Shown: in pieces, positions 23,959 to 32,286 of the stretch | How positions within the stretch are numbered: the first letter of the stretch is position 1 | Layout: every line of letters starts with the position of its first letter | Virus record (IMG/VR): IMGVR_UViG_3300031228_000002 | Location: 1 to 41,221 of that record | DNA: 41,221 nt | Origin: a virus | Reading direction: 5' to 3' (one strand) | Translations under genes and position numbers: made by a program | The notes under the pieces: generated by a model | What the model was told of the DNA's origin: nothing | The model's input: the letters and a program-made list of their open reading frames with translations, nothing else | Databases searched by the model: none

Positions 23959-24319
23959 CGGAGTTCTCCTTGTCATAGTGGTCCAACTGGGCGCGCAGAG
24001 AGTTCACGCAGCTGCGTAGCTCCGCGCACTTGACCAGCGCATCGCCGAGGTTTTGCTCAGCCTCCGCCAGATCGGCTTCCAGCTTTCGACGCGGCGTGTT
24101 GTTCAGGCTGTCAGGCAGCAGCGATGCCGTGGATACTTCCAAGGCTGCGGCAACAGCAGTAAGGTCGGCCAACGTGAACGCTCGCCGTCCCTTCTCCGCC
24201 GCTGACACAGCCTGACGGCTCCATGGCTTGGTCATAGCCGCACCCAACTGCGCCTGCGACAGGCCAGCAGCCTCACGGAGCCGAGCCACCTTGGAACCAA
24301 CGATCTCTTCTGGGGTCAC
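23951..24319 (-). CDS. Xre-family HTH protein with C-terminal coiled coil (122 aa), compositionally atypical
   Basis: GTG 24319 is in a GTGA overlap with the MuF stop. ARLREAAGLSQAQLGAAMTKPWSRQAVSAAEKG is an HTH. About 36 of 122 codons end in A/T, against very few in the flanking genes. Confidence 0.65.
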   Translation of the reverse strand: MTPEEIVGSKVARLREAAGLSQAQLGAAMTKPWSRQAVSAAEKGRRAFTLADLTAVAAALEVSTASLLPDSLNNTPRRKLEADLAEAEQNLGDALVKCAELRSCVNSLRAQLDHYDKENSDA

Positions 24320-25110
24320 GGTCTCTGCCTGTCTGTCCAGTCCAGCTCTTCGCCCAGCACCACCGGTAGCAGGGAGCACCGGCAGTTGATCACCTCGTTC
24401 GCCGGGCCCGTCGGATCCCCGGGGAACAGGAGTGGCGCCCCGCCCACGATGAACGGCTCCATGAGCAGCGTGCGTTGCCGGTCCGCCTCATTGTGCGTCT
24501 TGCGGGTCCGGCGGTCGTCCGTCGCGAGCCACACCTTGAACGGCGCCACGTCCCCCCGGTCCTCAGCGTCCAGCATTGCCGAGCGGAACACCCCCGCGTT
24601 CACCGCTGCGATCGTCTCCGTGCGCGCCACCGTGCGCGCCCGGTGCGGCCACCGTTCTGACCCGGTGGCGGTGAGGACGGTCTCCACACGGGCGGCCAGG
24701 TCCGGGATGCTCTCGCCCTCACGCAGGCCCCTCTCCAACTCGGCGACGATCAGCGCGTACACCTCGTCCGGTAGGCGCACCAGCCGGTTGCCCACGCTGT
24801 TGAGGTAGTCGGCCACCCACGGATCGCCCACGGGGTCACGGCCACGCACCCGTTGAGCAGCGTCCCGCAGCACCCCGCCGACGGTCGGGACGATCTCCAC
24901 GTCCACTTCGTCGGTCCAGAACGCCTGATGATCCGACACCCGGCCCGGGTCGACCCCACCGCCGCGCAGCACGTCGGGGCGCACCCGGTCGAGGAAGCGG
25001 GTCATGGACCGGAACCAGCGCCGGGCCACCGTGGCCTCCCCCTGGCGGATGAACGCCTGTGCGCGCAGCCGCTGCGGCAGCCGGTCGTCGTCCGGGACCG
25101 GGCTGGTCAC
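24316..25110 (-). CDS. MuF-like / SPP1 gp7-family head morphogenesis protein (264 aa)
   Basis: RTETIAAVNAG ... DDRRTRKTHNEADRQ ... VINCRCSLLP motifs. GTGA overlap with the portal stop. Confidence 0.8.
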   Translation of the reverse strand: MTSPVPDDDRLPQRLRAQAFIRQGEATVARRWFRSMTRFLDRVRPDVLRGGGVDPGRVSDHQAFWTDEVDVEIVPTVGGVLRDAAQRVRGRDPVGDPWVADYLNSVGNRLVRLPDEVYALIVAELERGLREGESIPDLAARVETVLTATGSERWPHRARTVARTETIAAVNAGVFRSAMLDAEDRGDVAPFKVWLATDDRRTRKTHNEADRQRTLLMEPFIVGGAPLLFPGDPTGPANEVINCRCSLLPVVLGEELDWTDRQRP

Positions 25111-26918
25111 CGGCTGCGCCGCAACGCGTCGGCGAGCGTGGCCGGATCATGGGGCTTCCGCTCGGACAGAAGTCGGTAGGTGTACGACGTGAGAGTCATG
25201 TCGAGCCACTCCACCGGCACGCGGAACCCCTCAGCCACGCGGTCGACAAGCGTGAACGACCCCTCCAGCAACGGTGCGACGTCCGTCACCGGGATCACCG
25301 TGTGCAGCTCGTGCTTGGGCGTGGACGCGAACTGGCCCCGGTACTGGCGGGTGAGGAGGCGGCCGCCGGCGCGCGACAGGGCGTCGAACACCACGAGCTC
25401 GGCGGCGGCCACGAGCCCGGCCGGGACGTCGCCTTCGGTGTCCGGCTCCGCGCGCGACGTCGACGGCCCGGCGGCCGGCGTACCCGGCTCCAGCTCGGGC
25501 GCCCCCTCGATGGTCTCGTCGGAGACGCCAGCGGCCGCCGGGGCGATCTCGAACCCGAACAGTGCCTGCCCGACCTTCGGGTCGGCGGCCAGCGTCGGCG
25601 CGCCGATCACGATCCGCTCCAGGCGGCGGAGTTGGATCTCGTCCTCGGAGGGGATCGCGTCGTCGGGGATGCCGGACGCGGCGCGCCGGTAGTCGTCGGA
25701 GATCAGGCCGAGGTCGTACAGGTGGTCCAGGTCCTCAGTCTCACCGGGGCGCTGGACGATCGCGGAGGTGTCCCAGGCAAGGACGTACCGCTCCGGATCC
25801 TGCACGCCCATGGCTTCGAGGACGGGCCGGTACCAGTGCTCGGTGACCGCGTCCGCGATCCGGTCCAACAGGGGCTCGATGAAGATCTGGTAGGTGTCCT
25901 CGGAGATCTGCCACGCGGTCCAGTGGTTCGACTCGGCCTGTGTCCCCTCGGCCACGGGCTTGGGCATGTCGAGCGTGGCGGCCAGCCGGGACAGGGCGTC
26001 ACGGCGCAGCTCGGTGATCGCGGCGTCCATGGCCGTGGAGATGTCGAGGTGCTGGATCTGGCCGATGTACTCGCCCGGGATCTGGAGGACGATCGGCACC
26101 TGCGCGGATGCCTGACCGGGGTCGGAGAGGGATGCCTCCATGGCTTCCATGATGAAGAGCATGATGGCCTGCGCCACGGACTCGGCGTCGCCCTGCGGGA
26201 AGTCGATCTCCTGCGGGACCATCAGGAGGCCGTTGGCCGCGAGGCGGGAGTCGAGGCGGGCCGCGAGGTTCTGTGACGCCTTCTCGATCTCCCGCAGCGG
26301 TACGAGCGCCGGGCGCACCGCGCTGGTGGCCTGGGCCTGCTTGGCCGGGTGCGGCTTCCACACGCGGATCAGCCGGTCGTTGGGGCCCAGTTCGACGGGC
26401 AGCATCGTCTTGGGGTCGGTGTACGTCCACCGGTCGCCCTTGGGCTTCATCTCGTCGCCGGACAGCACGAGCCACTCATCAGGCTGCAGCACCCCACCCC
26501 GGGCCGGGCGGGGGCGGATGACGATGAAGCTCTCGCCGGGGATCTGCCAGTGGGTGGCGATGAGCTCTTGCATCTGCGCGCGCTGCGCCTGCCCGCCGAA
26601 CGCCAGGGCGGCTGCTGCCTGGGCCTGCTTGTTGTCGGTGGGCCCGGCGACCTTCCCGGTCTCCGGGTCCGTCTCAGCGGCGTACAGGTCCGCCTTGGAC
26701 ACGGCGTTGGCGATCCACTGGACCGGCGCCGACAGTTCGCCCACGGTGTCGTAGAAGTACCAGGCGTCTCGCTGCCAGCCCTGCGTCCCGGAGGCCTTAC
26801 GGGACGTGGCCAGCGCCCGCACACCAGGCCCGGACAAGGGCATGGCGGCGGCCATCACCGCCCGGGGTGCCTGGCTCGGTTCCGTGCGGGGGCCCCTCAG
26901 CCGGTCCAGTACGCCCAT
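25107..26918 (-). CDS. Portal protein (603 aa)
   Basis: Size and position after the terminase. WQRDAWYFYDTVGELSAPVQWIANAVSKADLY is a portal-like N-domain. Confidence 0.85.
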   Translation of the reverse strand: MGVLDRLRGPRTEPSQAPRAVMAAAMPLSGPGVRALATSRKASGTQGWQRDAWYFYDTVGELSAPVQWIANAVSKADLYAAETDPETGKVAGPTDNKQAQAAAALAFGGQAQRAQMQELIATHWQIPGESFIVIRPRPARGGVLQPDEWLVLSGDEMKPKGDRWTYTDPKTMLPVELGPNDRLIRVWKPHPAKQAQATSAVRPALVPLREIEKASQNLAARLDSRLAANGLLMVPQEIDFPQGDAESVAQAIMLFIMEAMEASLSDPGQASAQVPIVLQIPGEYIGQIQHLDISTAMDAAITELRRDALSRLAATLDMPKPVAEGTQAESNHWTAWQISEDTYQIFIEPLLDRIADAVTEHWYRPVLEAMGVQDPERYVLAWDTSAIVQRPGETEDLDHLYDLGLISDDYRRAASGIPDDAIPSEDEIQLRRLERIVIGAPTLAADPKVGQALFGFEIAPAAAGVSDETIEGAPELEPGTPAAGPSTSRAEPDTEGDVPAGLVAAAELVVFDALSRAGGRLLTRQYRGQFASTPKHELHTVIPVTDVAPLLEGSFTLVDRVAEGFRVPVEWLDMTLTSYTYRLLSERKPHDPATLADALRRSR

Positions 26919-27208
26919 CAGTCACCTTCCCTGGTGGCGAGCCACCCGCTCACGTACGACGCCGCGAGAGCGAGCGTCACGGCCTGGTATCCCATGGTCT
27001 CGCCCCAGGCCCACCACGCGGCGGCGCCGGCCGCGCCGACGTACATGGACATGCACCACGGGCAGGTCACCCAGTAGGCGGTCATGGAGTCGGGGCCGAA
27101 GCGTTCCATGATCCAGATGCGGGGTCGGTCAAGGATGCGGTCGGCGGTGAGCAGCCGTGTCACCCGGGCGACGGTGAGGAGGGTCAGGGCCACGGTGAGT
27201 GCGCTCAT
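26918..27208 (-). CDS. DUF1360-like membrane protein (96 aa)
   Basis: From ATG 27208. LLTVARVTRLLTADRILDRPR ... CPWCMSMYVGAAGAAAWW pattern. 1-nt overlap with the portal start. Confidence 0.6.
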   Translation of the reverse strand: MSALTVALTLLTVARVTRLLTADRILDRPRIWIMERFGPDSMTAYWVTCPWCMSMYVGAAGAAAWWAWGETMGYQAVTLALAASYVSGWLATREGD

Positions 27209-27215
27209 GCGGATA

Positions 27216-28670
27216 TCATCCCGCACCGGCCTTGCGGCGCCGTTCTCTTGCCTGCCGTGCCCGCTCCAGCGGGTGCACAGTCCCGGCTGCGCCGCGCATG
27301 CCGCCGCGCTGGTGGGGTGCGGCAATCGCGGCCTCGCCCCGGTCGTACAGTTTCACGTGCCGGGCCACGGCGTGCACGAGCGCGTCGACCCGGTCGGGGC
27401 TGTCGCTGTGCTCTTCGGGGATCCAGGTGCACATCTGGTCTTCGAGCTCGTGGAACTCTTCGGCGTGCACCGTGCGGTGCTGCTCGTACCGGGCCGCGAT
27501 CGGCTGCGCCCGCAGCTTCTTGCCCTGGCTCGCGTTGACCCGCTCCACGGGCATGGGGCCCTTGTTGCCCCGGTCCTTCCACACGGACCTGAGAGCCGCT
27601 TCGATCCAGTCCTTCCCGCCGTTGTCCTCCACGACGACCGTGGCGGCACCCCAGCGGGCCAGCATGTCGAAGGCGCGGTTGCCTGCCCGGTTCGGGGAGA
27701 GCTGCTCGGACTGGTCGTCCAGGACGTAGTCCCGGCCGTCCACGCCACGGGCCACGACGACGAGACCGGTCTCGTCCCCCTTACCGGTGCCGGCCGGGTC
27801 CATGCCGACCGTGACCGTGCGGAACTCGGGCAGCGGCTGCGCGGGGTCGTGGTGGATGATGTCGGCCCGCTTCCACAGGGCGCCCGGCAGGTCGTCCAGG
27901 ACGACGGCGTGGAGCTCCTGCGCGCCGAGCGTCGTGCCCTCGTACTTGGCCACGACGGCGCGGCGGAAGGTGGGGGCGAGGTTGTGGAGGTTGTCGTAGG
28001 TCGAGCCGCGGACGACCGCGGTCATCTCGTCCTTCAACAGGGCCTTGATCAGGGGCAGGGGCCGGGGTGTGGTGGTGATGCAGATCCGGGGGTGATCGCC
28101 GAGGCGCATGCCGAGTTGCAGCATGTCCCAGGCGTACTGGAGCCGCCGCCAGGACGCGAGTTCGTCCAACCAGCCGTAGTGGTGCTGGGGTCCGCGGAGC
28201 CGGTCTGGTTCGTCGGCGGAGTAGCAGATCTGGATGGCGCCGTTGGGGTAGGTGAGGCGGCGTTTGGACGGCTCGTACAGGGGCCGGAAGGTGGCGGGGG
28301 CGCAGGCCATGATCCCGGACTCGCCCTCGACGAGGATGTCCCGGGTGTCGGCCGCCGTGGGTCCGACGAGCGCCCCGCGCTCCAGGTTCCGGGCCATGGA
28401 GATCGCCCACTCGGCGCCGGTGCGAGTCTTGCCCCAGCCTCGGCCGGCGAGGGCGAGCCACACGTCCCACAGGTCGCCTTCGGGGGGCCGTTGGTCGGCT
28501 CGCGAGTGCGCCCCTGTGCGGCCGGGGTGGGGGCGGCCGTCGCACTGGGGGTCGGGGCAGAGCCAGGGGACGCGGCCGGACTCGCGGTCCTGGACCATCC
28601 GTTCGAGGGCGGCGTCGACCCGGAGGAGTTCGTCCGGCGAGAGTGCCGACAGCTCTGCCCGGCTGATCAC
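27216..28670 (-). CDS. terL: Terminase large subunit (484 aa)
   Basis: GTG 28670 is in a GTGA overlap with the TerS stop. Walker A-like LAGRGWGKT. Nuclease-domain pattern VGMDPAGTGKGDETGLVVV ... DRVDALVHAV. Confidence 0.9.
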   Translation of the reverse strand: MISRAELSALSPDELLRVDAALERMVQDRESGRVPWLCPDPQCDGRPHPGRTGAHSRADQRPPEGDLWDVWLALAGRGWGKTRTGAEWAISMARNLERGALVGPTAADTRDILVEGESGIMACAPATFRPLYEPSKRRLTYPNGAIQICYSADEPDRLRGPQHHYGWLDELASWRRLQYAWDMLQLGMRLGDHPRICITTTPRPLPLIKALLKDEMTAVVRGSTYDNLHNLAPTFRRAVVAKYEGTTLGAQELHAVVLDDLPGALWKRADIIHHDPAQPLPEFRTVTVGMDPAGTGKGDETGLVVVARGVDGRDYVLDDQSEQLSPNRAGNRAFDMLARWGAATVVVEDNGGKDWIEAALRSVWKDRGNKGPMPVERVNASQGKKLRAQPIAARYEQHRTVHAEEFHELEDQMCTWIPEEHSDSPDRVDALVHAVARHVKLYDRGEAAIAAPHQRGGMRGAAGTVHPLERARQARERRRKAGAG

Positions 28671-29140
28671 TGCGCCTCCAGGCGCTCCAGGTTGGCCAGC
28701 ACCTTCTCGAGGAGTCCGGCTTCCTTGCCCTCGGCCTTCATGCGCAGCGCGGCTTCCTGGGCCTTCGTGGCGGCGGAGAACGCCTGGGTCCACCGCACCG
28801 ACGGGTCGGTGTTGGTGGCCTCGAACTCGGTGAGCCGGTTGGCCAGATGATCAAGCAGTCGCTCGGACAGTTCGAGGTGCCGGCCACGGACGCGGCGCAG
28901 CTCGTCGGCGTGACCGTCGGTGCTGGCGGTTTCCATGTGCCGGTCATAGGCCAGGACTCGGGCGCCCCACTCGTTCCGGCTGGACCACTGGCCGACCACG
29001 GTGGTGGATTTGTCCAGCTCCTGTGCCACCTTGCGCACGGTGCGTGAGGGGCCCAGATTCAGGTACACCCGGAAGGCTTCGTAGGCGGGCGTCGACTCTT
29101 CGTCCCGGCGTGTCCAGGGGTAGGGCTCGTCCGTCGTCAT
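28667..29140 (-). CDS. terS: Terminase small subunit (157 aa)
   Basis: AYEAFRVYLNLGPSRTVRKVAQELDKSTTVVGQWSSRNEWGARVLAYD is an HTH typical of actinophage TerS. RBS GGGAGGG. Confidence 0.75.
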   Translation of the reverse strand: MTTDEPYPWTRRDEESTPAYEAFRVYLNLGPSRTVRKVAQELDKSTTVVGQWSSRNEWGARVLAYDRHMETASTDGHADELRRVRGRHLELSERLLDHLANRLTEFEATNTDPSVRWTQAFSAATKAQEAALRMKAEGKEAGLLEKVLANLERLEAQ

Positions 29141-29149
29141 CGGCCCTCC

Positions 29150-29407
29150 CTACTTGATCCACACTGCTGCGAGGGCGCCCAGTACGGTGACCGCCGCCCC
29201 TCCCAGTATGGCCGTGAGCCACGCGGGCAGCTGGCGGGACTTGAGGGCGTTCATGTCGGTACGCAGCTCGGACACGTCGTCCTTCACGTCGGTCATGTCG
29301 CCCTGGACCTCTGCCAGGGCCCGGCCGTGGGCGCGCTGCTCCTGGTAGATGTCCCACAGGGACACAAACACCCCGTTGTTCGGGCCCGAGTCGGGGACGG
29401 TGGTCAC
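29150..29407 (-). CDS. Tail-anchored membrane protein of the lysis cassette (85 aa; holin- or lysis-accessory-like)
   Basis: GTG 29407 is in a GTGA overlap with the endolysin stop. Coiled-coil N-terminus and C-terminal TM LPAWLTAILGGAAVTVLGALAAVWI. Confidence 0.55.
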   Translation of the reverse strand: MTTVPDSGPNNGVFVSLWDIYQEQRAHGRALAEVQGDMTDVKDDVSELRTDMNALKSRQLPAWLTAILGGAAVTVLGALAAVWIK

Positions 29408-30348
29408 GACTGCAGTCTCCCCGCGAGCGCGTCGAGAACGGCCGGGACGACGAGGCGGGACACCTCCGTCGCGACGGCCTTGATCTGTGCCTGGGTCAGG
29501 CCGGTCGTGGCCAGGGCGTCGAGCTTGCGATCCATCGAGGCGACGCGCTTTTCGATCGCGCGGACCTTGCTGGTGGTGCCGTAGATGTGGGTGCCGAGGG
29601 CCCAGTAGTGGCCGGGGTTGTTCGGGTTGGGGTCCCAGTCGGCGGCGTCCTGCGGGGCTTTCCATATGCCGTCGCGGGTGGCGAGCCGGCGGATGTCGTC
29701 GTCGGTCAGGGCCATTTCGTCCTCCTCGGGCGGGGTTGGTTCGGCGGGGCGCCCGAGCTGGAAGCCGACGAGTGCCCGCATGTCGTCGTGGCCCGGGTAG
29801 CCGGGCCCCAGCGGGTCGATCTTCCCGGGCTGCCATTCCGCGTGGGCGAGCACGGACCGCTCGGACCAGCCGTGCGCTTCGCAGATCGCTGCGGCCGCCT
29901 TGACCATGGCGTCGATCTGGGCGGCCGGCCAAGGGTCTTTTCCGTTGCCGAGGTTGATGCACTCGAAGCCGTAGAAGTGCCGGTTGCCGTCGGTGTCCGC
30001 CTGGTTGTCGGGCGGGAGTTCGCGCTCGTCGATGATGGCGCGCAGCACGTCGCCGTCGCCGGACCCGGCGTGGTTCGCGCGGCCGTTGCCGACGAGGTGA
30101 ATCGTTCCTGCCTTGTCGATGACGCCGTGGCAGAGGGGGCCGGGGAGGGAGGCGTGGCCGTTGTAGCAGAGCTCGACGGACGAGGCGGTGCCGGTCGTCA
30201 CGGTGTGGTGGAGCATGACGCCGTGTGCGGGGCCCCAGGGGCCTTTGTCGTTGCGGTTGTGGGTGCGCCACGACCGGTGCTCGACAACGCGTAGGCCCTT
30301 TGACCGCAGGGCCCTCAGGAGTTGATCCGCGTTGAGCGGAGTCGCCAT
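29404..30348 (-). CDS. Endolysin, N-acetylmuramoyl-L-alanine amidase (Amidase_2/PGRP-like) with C-terminal domain (314 aa)
   Basis: HGVMLHHTV ... HLVGNGRANHAG ... FYGFECIN ... VLAHAEW is an amidase_2 pattern. First gene of the late operon. Confidence 0.8.
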   Translation of the reverse strand: MATPLNADQLLRALRSKGLRVVEHRSWRTHNRNDKGPWGPAHGVMLHHTVTTGTASSVELCYNGHASLPGPLCHGVIDKAGTIHLVGNGRANHAGSGDGDVLRAIIDERELPPDNQADTDGNRHFYGFECINLGNGKDPWPAAQIDAMVKAAAAICEAHGWSERSVLAHAEWQPGKIDPLGPGYPGHDDMRALVGFQLGRPAEPTPPEEDEMALTDDDIRRLATRDGIWKAPQDAADWDPNPNNPGHYWALGTHIYGTTSKVRAIEKRVASMDRKLDALATTGLTQAQIKAVATEVSRLVVPAVLDALAGRLQS

Positions 30349-30417
30349 GGTGTGCCCCCTGTCTGTCCGTTGGGCAATACCCTACGCCGACCTGCGATTG
30401 TGCCGTCGGGGCGTGAC

Positions 30418-30456
30418 GAAGCCCCTGCCGTGGGGGATCGGTTCGGCAGGGGCTTC
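30418..30456 (-). terminator. Strong hairpin at the early/late boundary
   Basis: Perfect 13-bp stem gaagcccctgccg / cggcaggggcttc with a 13-nt loop, in the 209-nt gap upstream of the endolysin gene. Confidence 0.55.
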
Positions 30457-30487
30457 GGGCCCGAGTAGCGCCGCAGCCAGCGAGCGC

Positions 30488-30541
30488 GGGTGGGATGGGT
30501 GCAGGCTACTGCGGGGGTGGGATGGGTGCAGGCTACTGCGG
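30488..30541. repeat. Perfect 27-bp tandem duplication (x2, plus a partial third start)
   Basis: gggtgggatgggtgcaggctactgcgg at 30488-30514 and 30515-30541, non-coding. Confidence 0.95.
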
Positions 30542-30557
30542 GGGTGTGACAGCGGGG

Positions 30558-30887
30558 CTACGGCCGCCACTCGTCCCGGTAGTCGGGGTGGTCGGCGTAG
30601 GGCAGGAGCTCGAGTGGGAGCAGTGTGGCCGCTAGGTCGTAGGAGTCGTGTCCGGCGTTGATGGCGTCTTCGATCTGCTTCAGCCGCTTCCGCTTGGCGT
30701 CGACTTCGGCGAGGACGCGGGCCGGGGGCCATGCTGAGCGGCGCCACTCAGGCGGCTGGACCGTGTCCTCAACCCACTGACCTTGGATCATGCGGCGGGT
30801 GGTCGTCGTCCGCTTCAACGCGGTCTCGGCCTCTCGCTGCTCTTCGTCGAGGCGGGTCCGCAGGAACTGCACCATGTCGTCGCTCAT
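30558..30887 (-). CDS. DUF6221-like protein (109 aa)
   Basis: FLRTRLDEEQREAE ... PPARVLAEVDAKRKRLKQI pattern. RBS GAGAGGA. Confidence 0.6.
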   Translation of the reverse strand: MSDDMVQFLRTRLDEEQREAETALKRTTTTRRMIQGQWVEDTVQPPEWRRSAWPPARVLAEVDAKRKRLKQIEDAINAGHDSYDLAATLLPLELLPYADHPDYRDEWRP

Positions 30888-30902
30888 GGGGTCATCCTCT
30901 CG

Positions 30903-30998
30903 TCAGTGGCTGTGTGCCGGGTAGTGGCCGCCGCAGCGCGGGCAGTACGGCAGGGGCTGCTGTTCGAAGCCGAGGGCGGCGAGGAGGCGCAGGATCAT
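30903..30998 (-). CDS. Possible micro-ORF with CxxC (31 aa)
   Basis: Not in the track. GAGGAGGTGA lies upstream. Sequence MILRLLAALGFEQQPLPYCPRCGGHYPAHSH. It fills the gap. Confidence 0.3.
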   Translation of the reverse strand: MILRLLAALGFEQQPLPYCPRCGGHYPAHSH

Positions 30999-31005
30999 TG
31001 CTCGG

Positions 31006-31632
31006 TCACCTCCTCACTGTCTGGTGTCGGTGTGCTTCGGCGGGGTCGTGGACGACGGCCCCGGCTTGGCCGATGGGCTCTACACGGAACCCCTCTCGGG
31101 GCCCCTCTTCCGGCTCGTTGTTGGTGTTGGCGTTGGCGGCTGAGCTGCACAAACAACGCTCCAAGAGGGGCGCGCCATCGGGGAGCGGGGCGCCGGGGAT
31201 GTCGGCCATGTGGACGCCGGGCCCGTTGCCGTGGGGGGTGCGCACCCCGGCCCGGACCCGGATGCCCGCGTCGTCGAGGAGTGCCCGCACGGTCTTTGTG
31301 TCGGGGAGTCCGGTGGCCTGTTGGAGTCGGGTGAGGAGGACGTGGTGGCCGCCTGTGCCGAGGGTGCGGAGGTGCTCGGCGATGTCGACGGCGGGCTCGT
31401 CGTCGGGCTGCTCCTCGGCGGCGGGGGCGCGGCGGTCGGCGTACCAGCTGCGGGCCTTTCGCACGGTGCCCGTGGCGAGCAGCCCGGCCACGAAGTAGCC
31501 GACCTCCGGCACCGCGTAGACGACTCCCCCGGCCGCGCCTGCGAGGACGACGGCGACGCATCCGCCAGCGGCCTTGCTGAGCTGCTCCGGCTCAGGCGGC
31601 TCAGTGGGCTGAGCCTCGGGCTCAGTGGTCAT
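31006..31632 (-). CDS. Membrane-anchored protein with C-terminal DNA-binding-like domain (208 aa)
   Basis: ATG 31632 is in an ATGA overlap. Hydrophobic segment GGCVAVVLAGAAGGVVYAVPEVGYFVAGLLATG. The 354-aa track start was rejected. Confidence 0.6.
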   Translation of the reverse strand: MTTEPEAQPTEPPEPEQLSKAAGGCVAVVLAGAAGGVVYAVPEVGYFVAGLLATGTVRKARSWYADRRAPAAEEQPDDEPAVDIAEHLRTLGTGGHHVLLTRLQQATGLPDTKTVRALLDDAGIRVRAGVRTPHGNGPGVHMADIPGAPLPDGAPLLERCLCSSAANANTNNEPEEGPREGFRVEPIGQAGAVVHDPAEAHRHQTVRR

Positions 31633-32138
31633 GCCAGCACCCCGTAGACGACGCTGCCGGTCCAGTTCGCTGCCTGCGCCAGCGGCACCGCGGCTGCTCC
31701 GGCGATCCCGGCCGACGTGCCGAGGCAGATGCCGCACCAGGCGCCCATCTTGAGATCGCGGCCGTAGCGGGAGGCTTTGACCGCGGCGAGCATGCCGACG
31801 GTGAGGAGGAGGACGAGGGCGCCGCCGGTCTGGGTGAGGGGCAGGTAGGTGCCTCCCCCGGCGGAGGTGCCGGCCTGGGTGCCGACGCCCCAGACCAATG
31901 CGACGTCGCCGAGCCAGTTGGAGATCCAGAGGACGCCGTCGGCGATCCAGCCGATGAGGCCGCCGACGGTGAGGATGGTGAGGACGCCGTAGGCCCAGGC
32001 GGCGAGGAACGGGAGCAGGGTGCCTGCGTAGCCGATCGGGTTGGTGGTGAGTGCTTTGGTGCCGGGCCACCAGGTGACGAGGTAGCGGACGAGGAGGGCG
32101 AGGCCGACGGTGACGCCGCCGATGGTGACGATGGTCAT
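31629..32138 (-). CDS. Polytopic membrane protein (169 aa)
   Basis: ORF track. At least 4-5 hydrophobic helices. Confidence 0.7.
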   Translation of the reverse strand: MTIVTIGGVTVGLALLVRYLVTWWPGTKALTTNPIGYAGTLLPFLAAWAYGVLTILTVGGLIGWIADGVLWISNWLGDVALVWGVGTQAGTSAGGGTYLPLTQTGGALVLLLTVGMLAAVKASRYGRDLKMGAWCGICLGTSAGIAGAAAVPLAQAANWTGSVVYGVLA

Positions 32139-32145
32139 GGGGTCC

Positions 32146-32286
32146 TCAGTGGAGGAGGGCTACGCCGAGGGCGGCGAGGGCGAGGATCAGGGTGGTGGTG
32201 CCGAGGGTGAGGGGCAGGTCGCGGCGGGCGATGTGGGAGAGGCCGCAGAACCCGCCGACCATGGCGAGCAGGAACAGGAGCCACAT
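32146..32286 (-). CDS. Small two-helix membrane protein (46 aa)
   Basis: Not in the track. ATG shares 1 nt with the upstream TGA. Sequence MWLLFLLAMVGGFCGLSHIARRDLPLTLGTTTLILALAALGVALLH. Confidence 0.45.
   Translation of the reverse strand: MWLLFLLAMVGGFCGLSHIARRDLPLTLGTTTLILALAALGVALLH

Noticed and set aside
30349-30417. Late promoter call (TAGGGT at 30384-30379 on the minus strand)
   Set aside because: The -10-like hexamer has no convincing -35 partner (GACGGC at 17 nt). Streptomyces promoters are too diverse to call this from sequence alone.
30332-30747. ORFs spanning the 27-bp tandem repeat on both strands (109 aa and 121 aa)
   Set aside because: Their translations simply reiterate the DNA repeat (GWDGCRLLR x2; HPRSSLHPS x2). 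They lack RBSs, have poor codon bias and overlap the DUF6221-like gene. The region is treated as non-coding.
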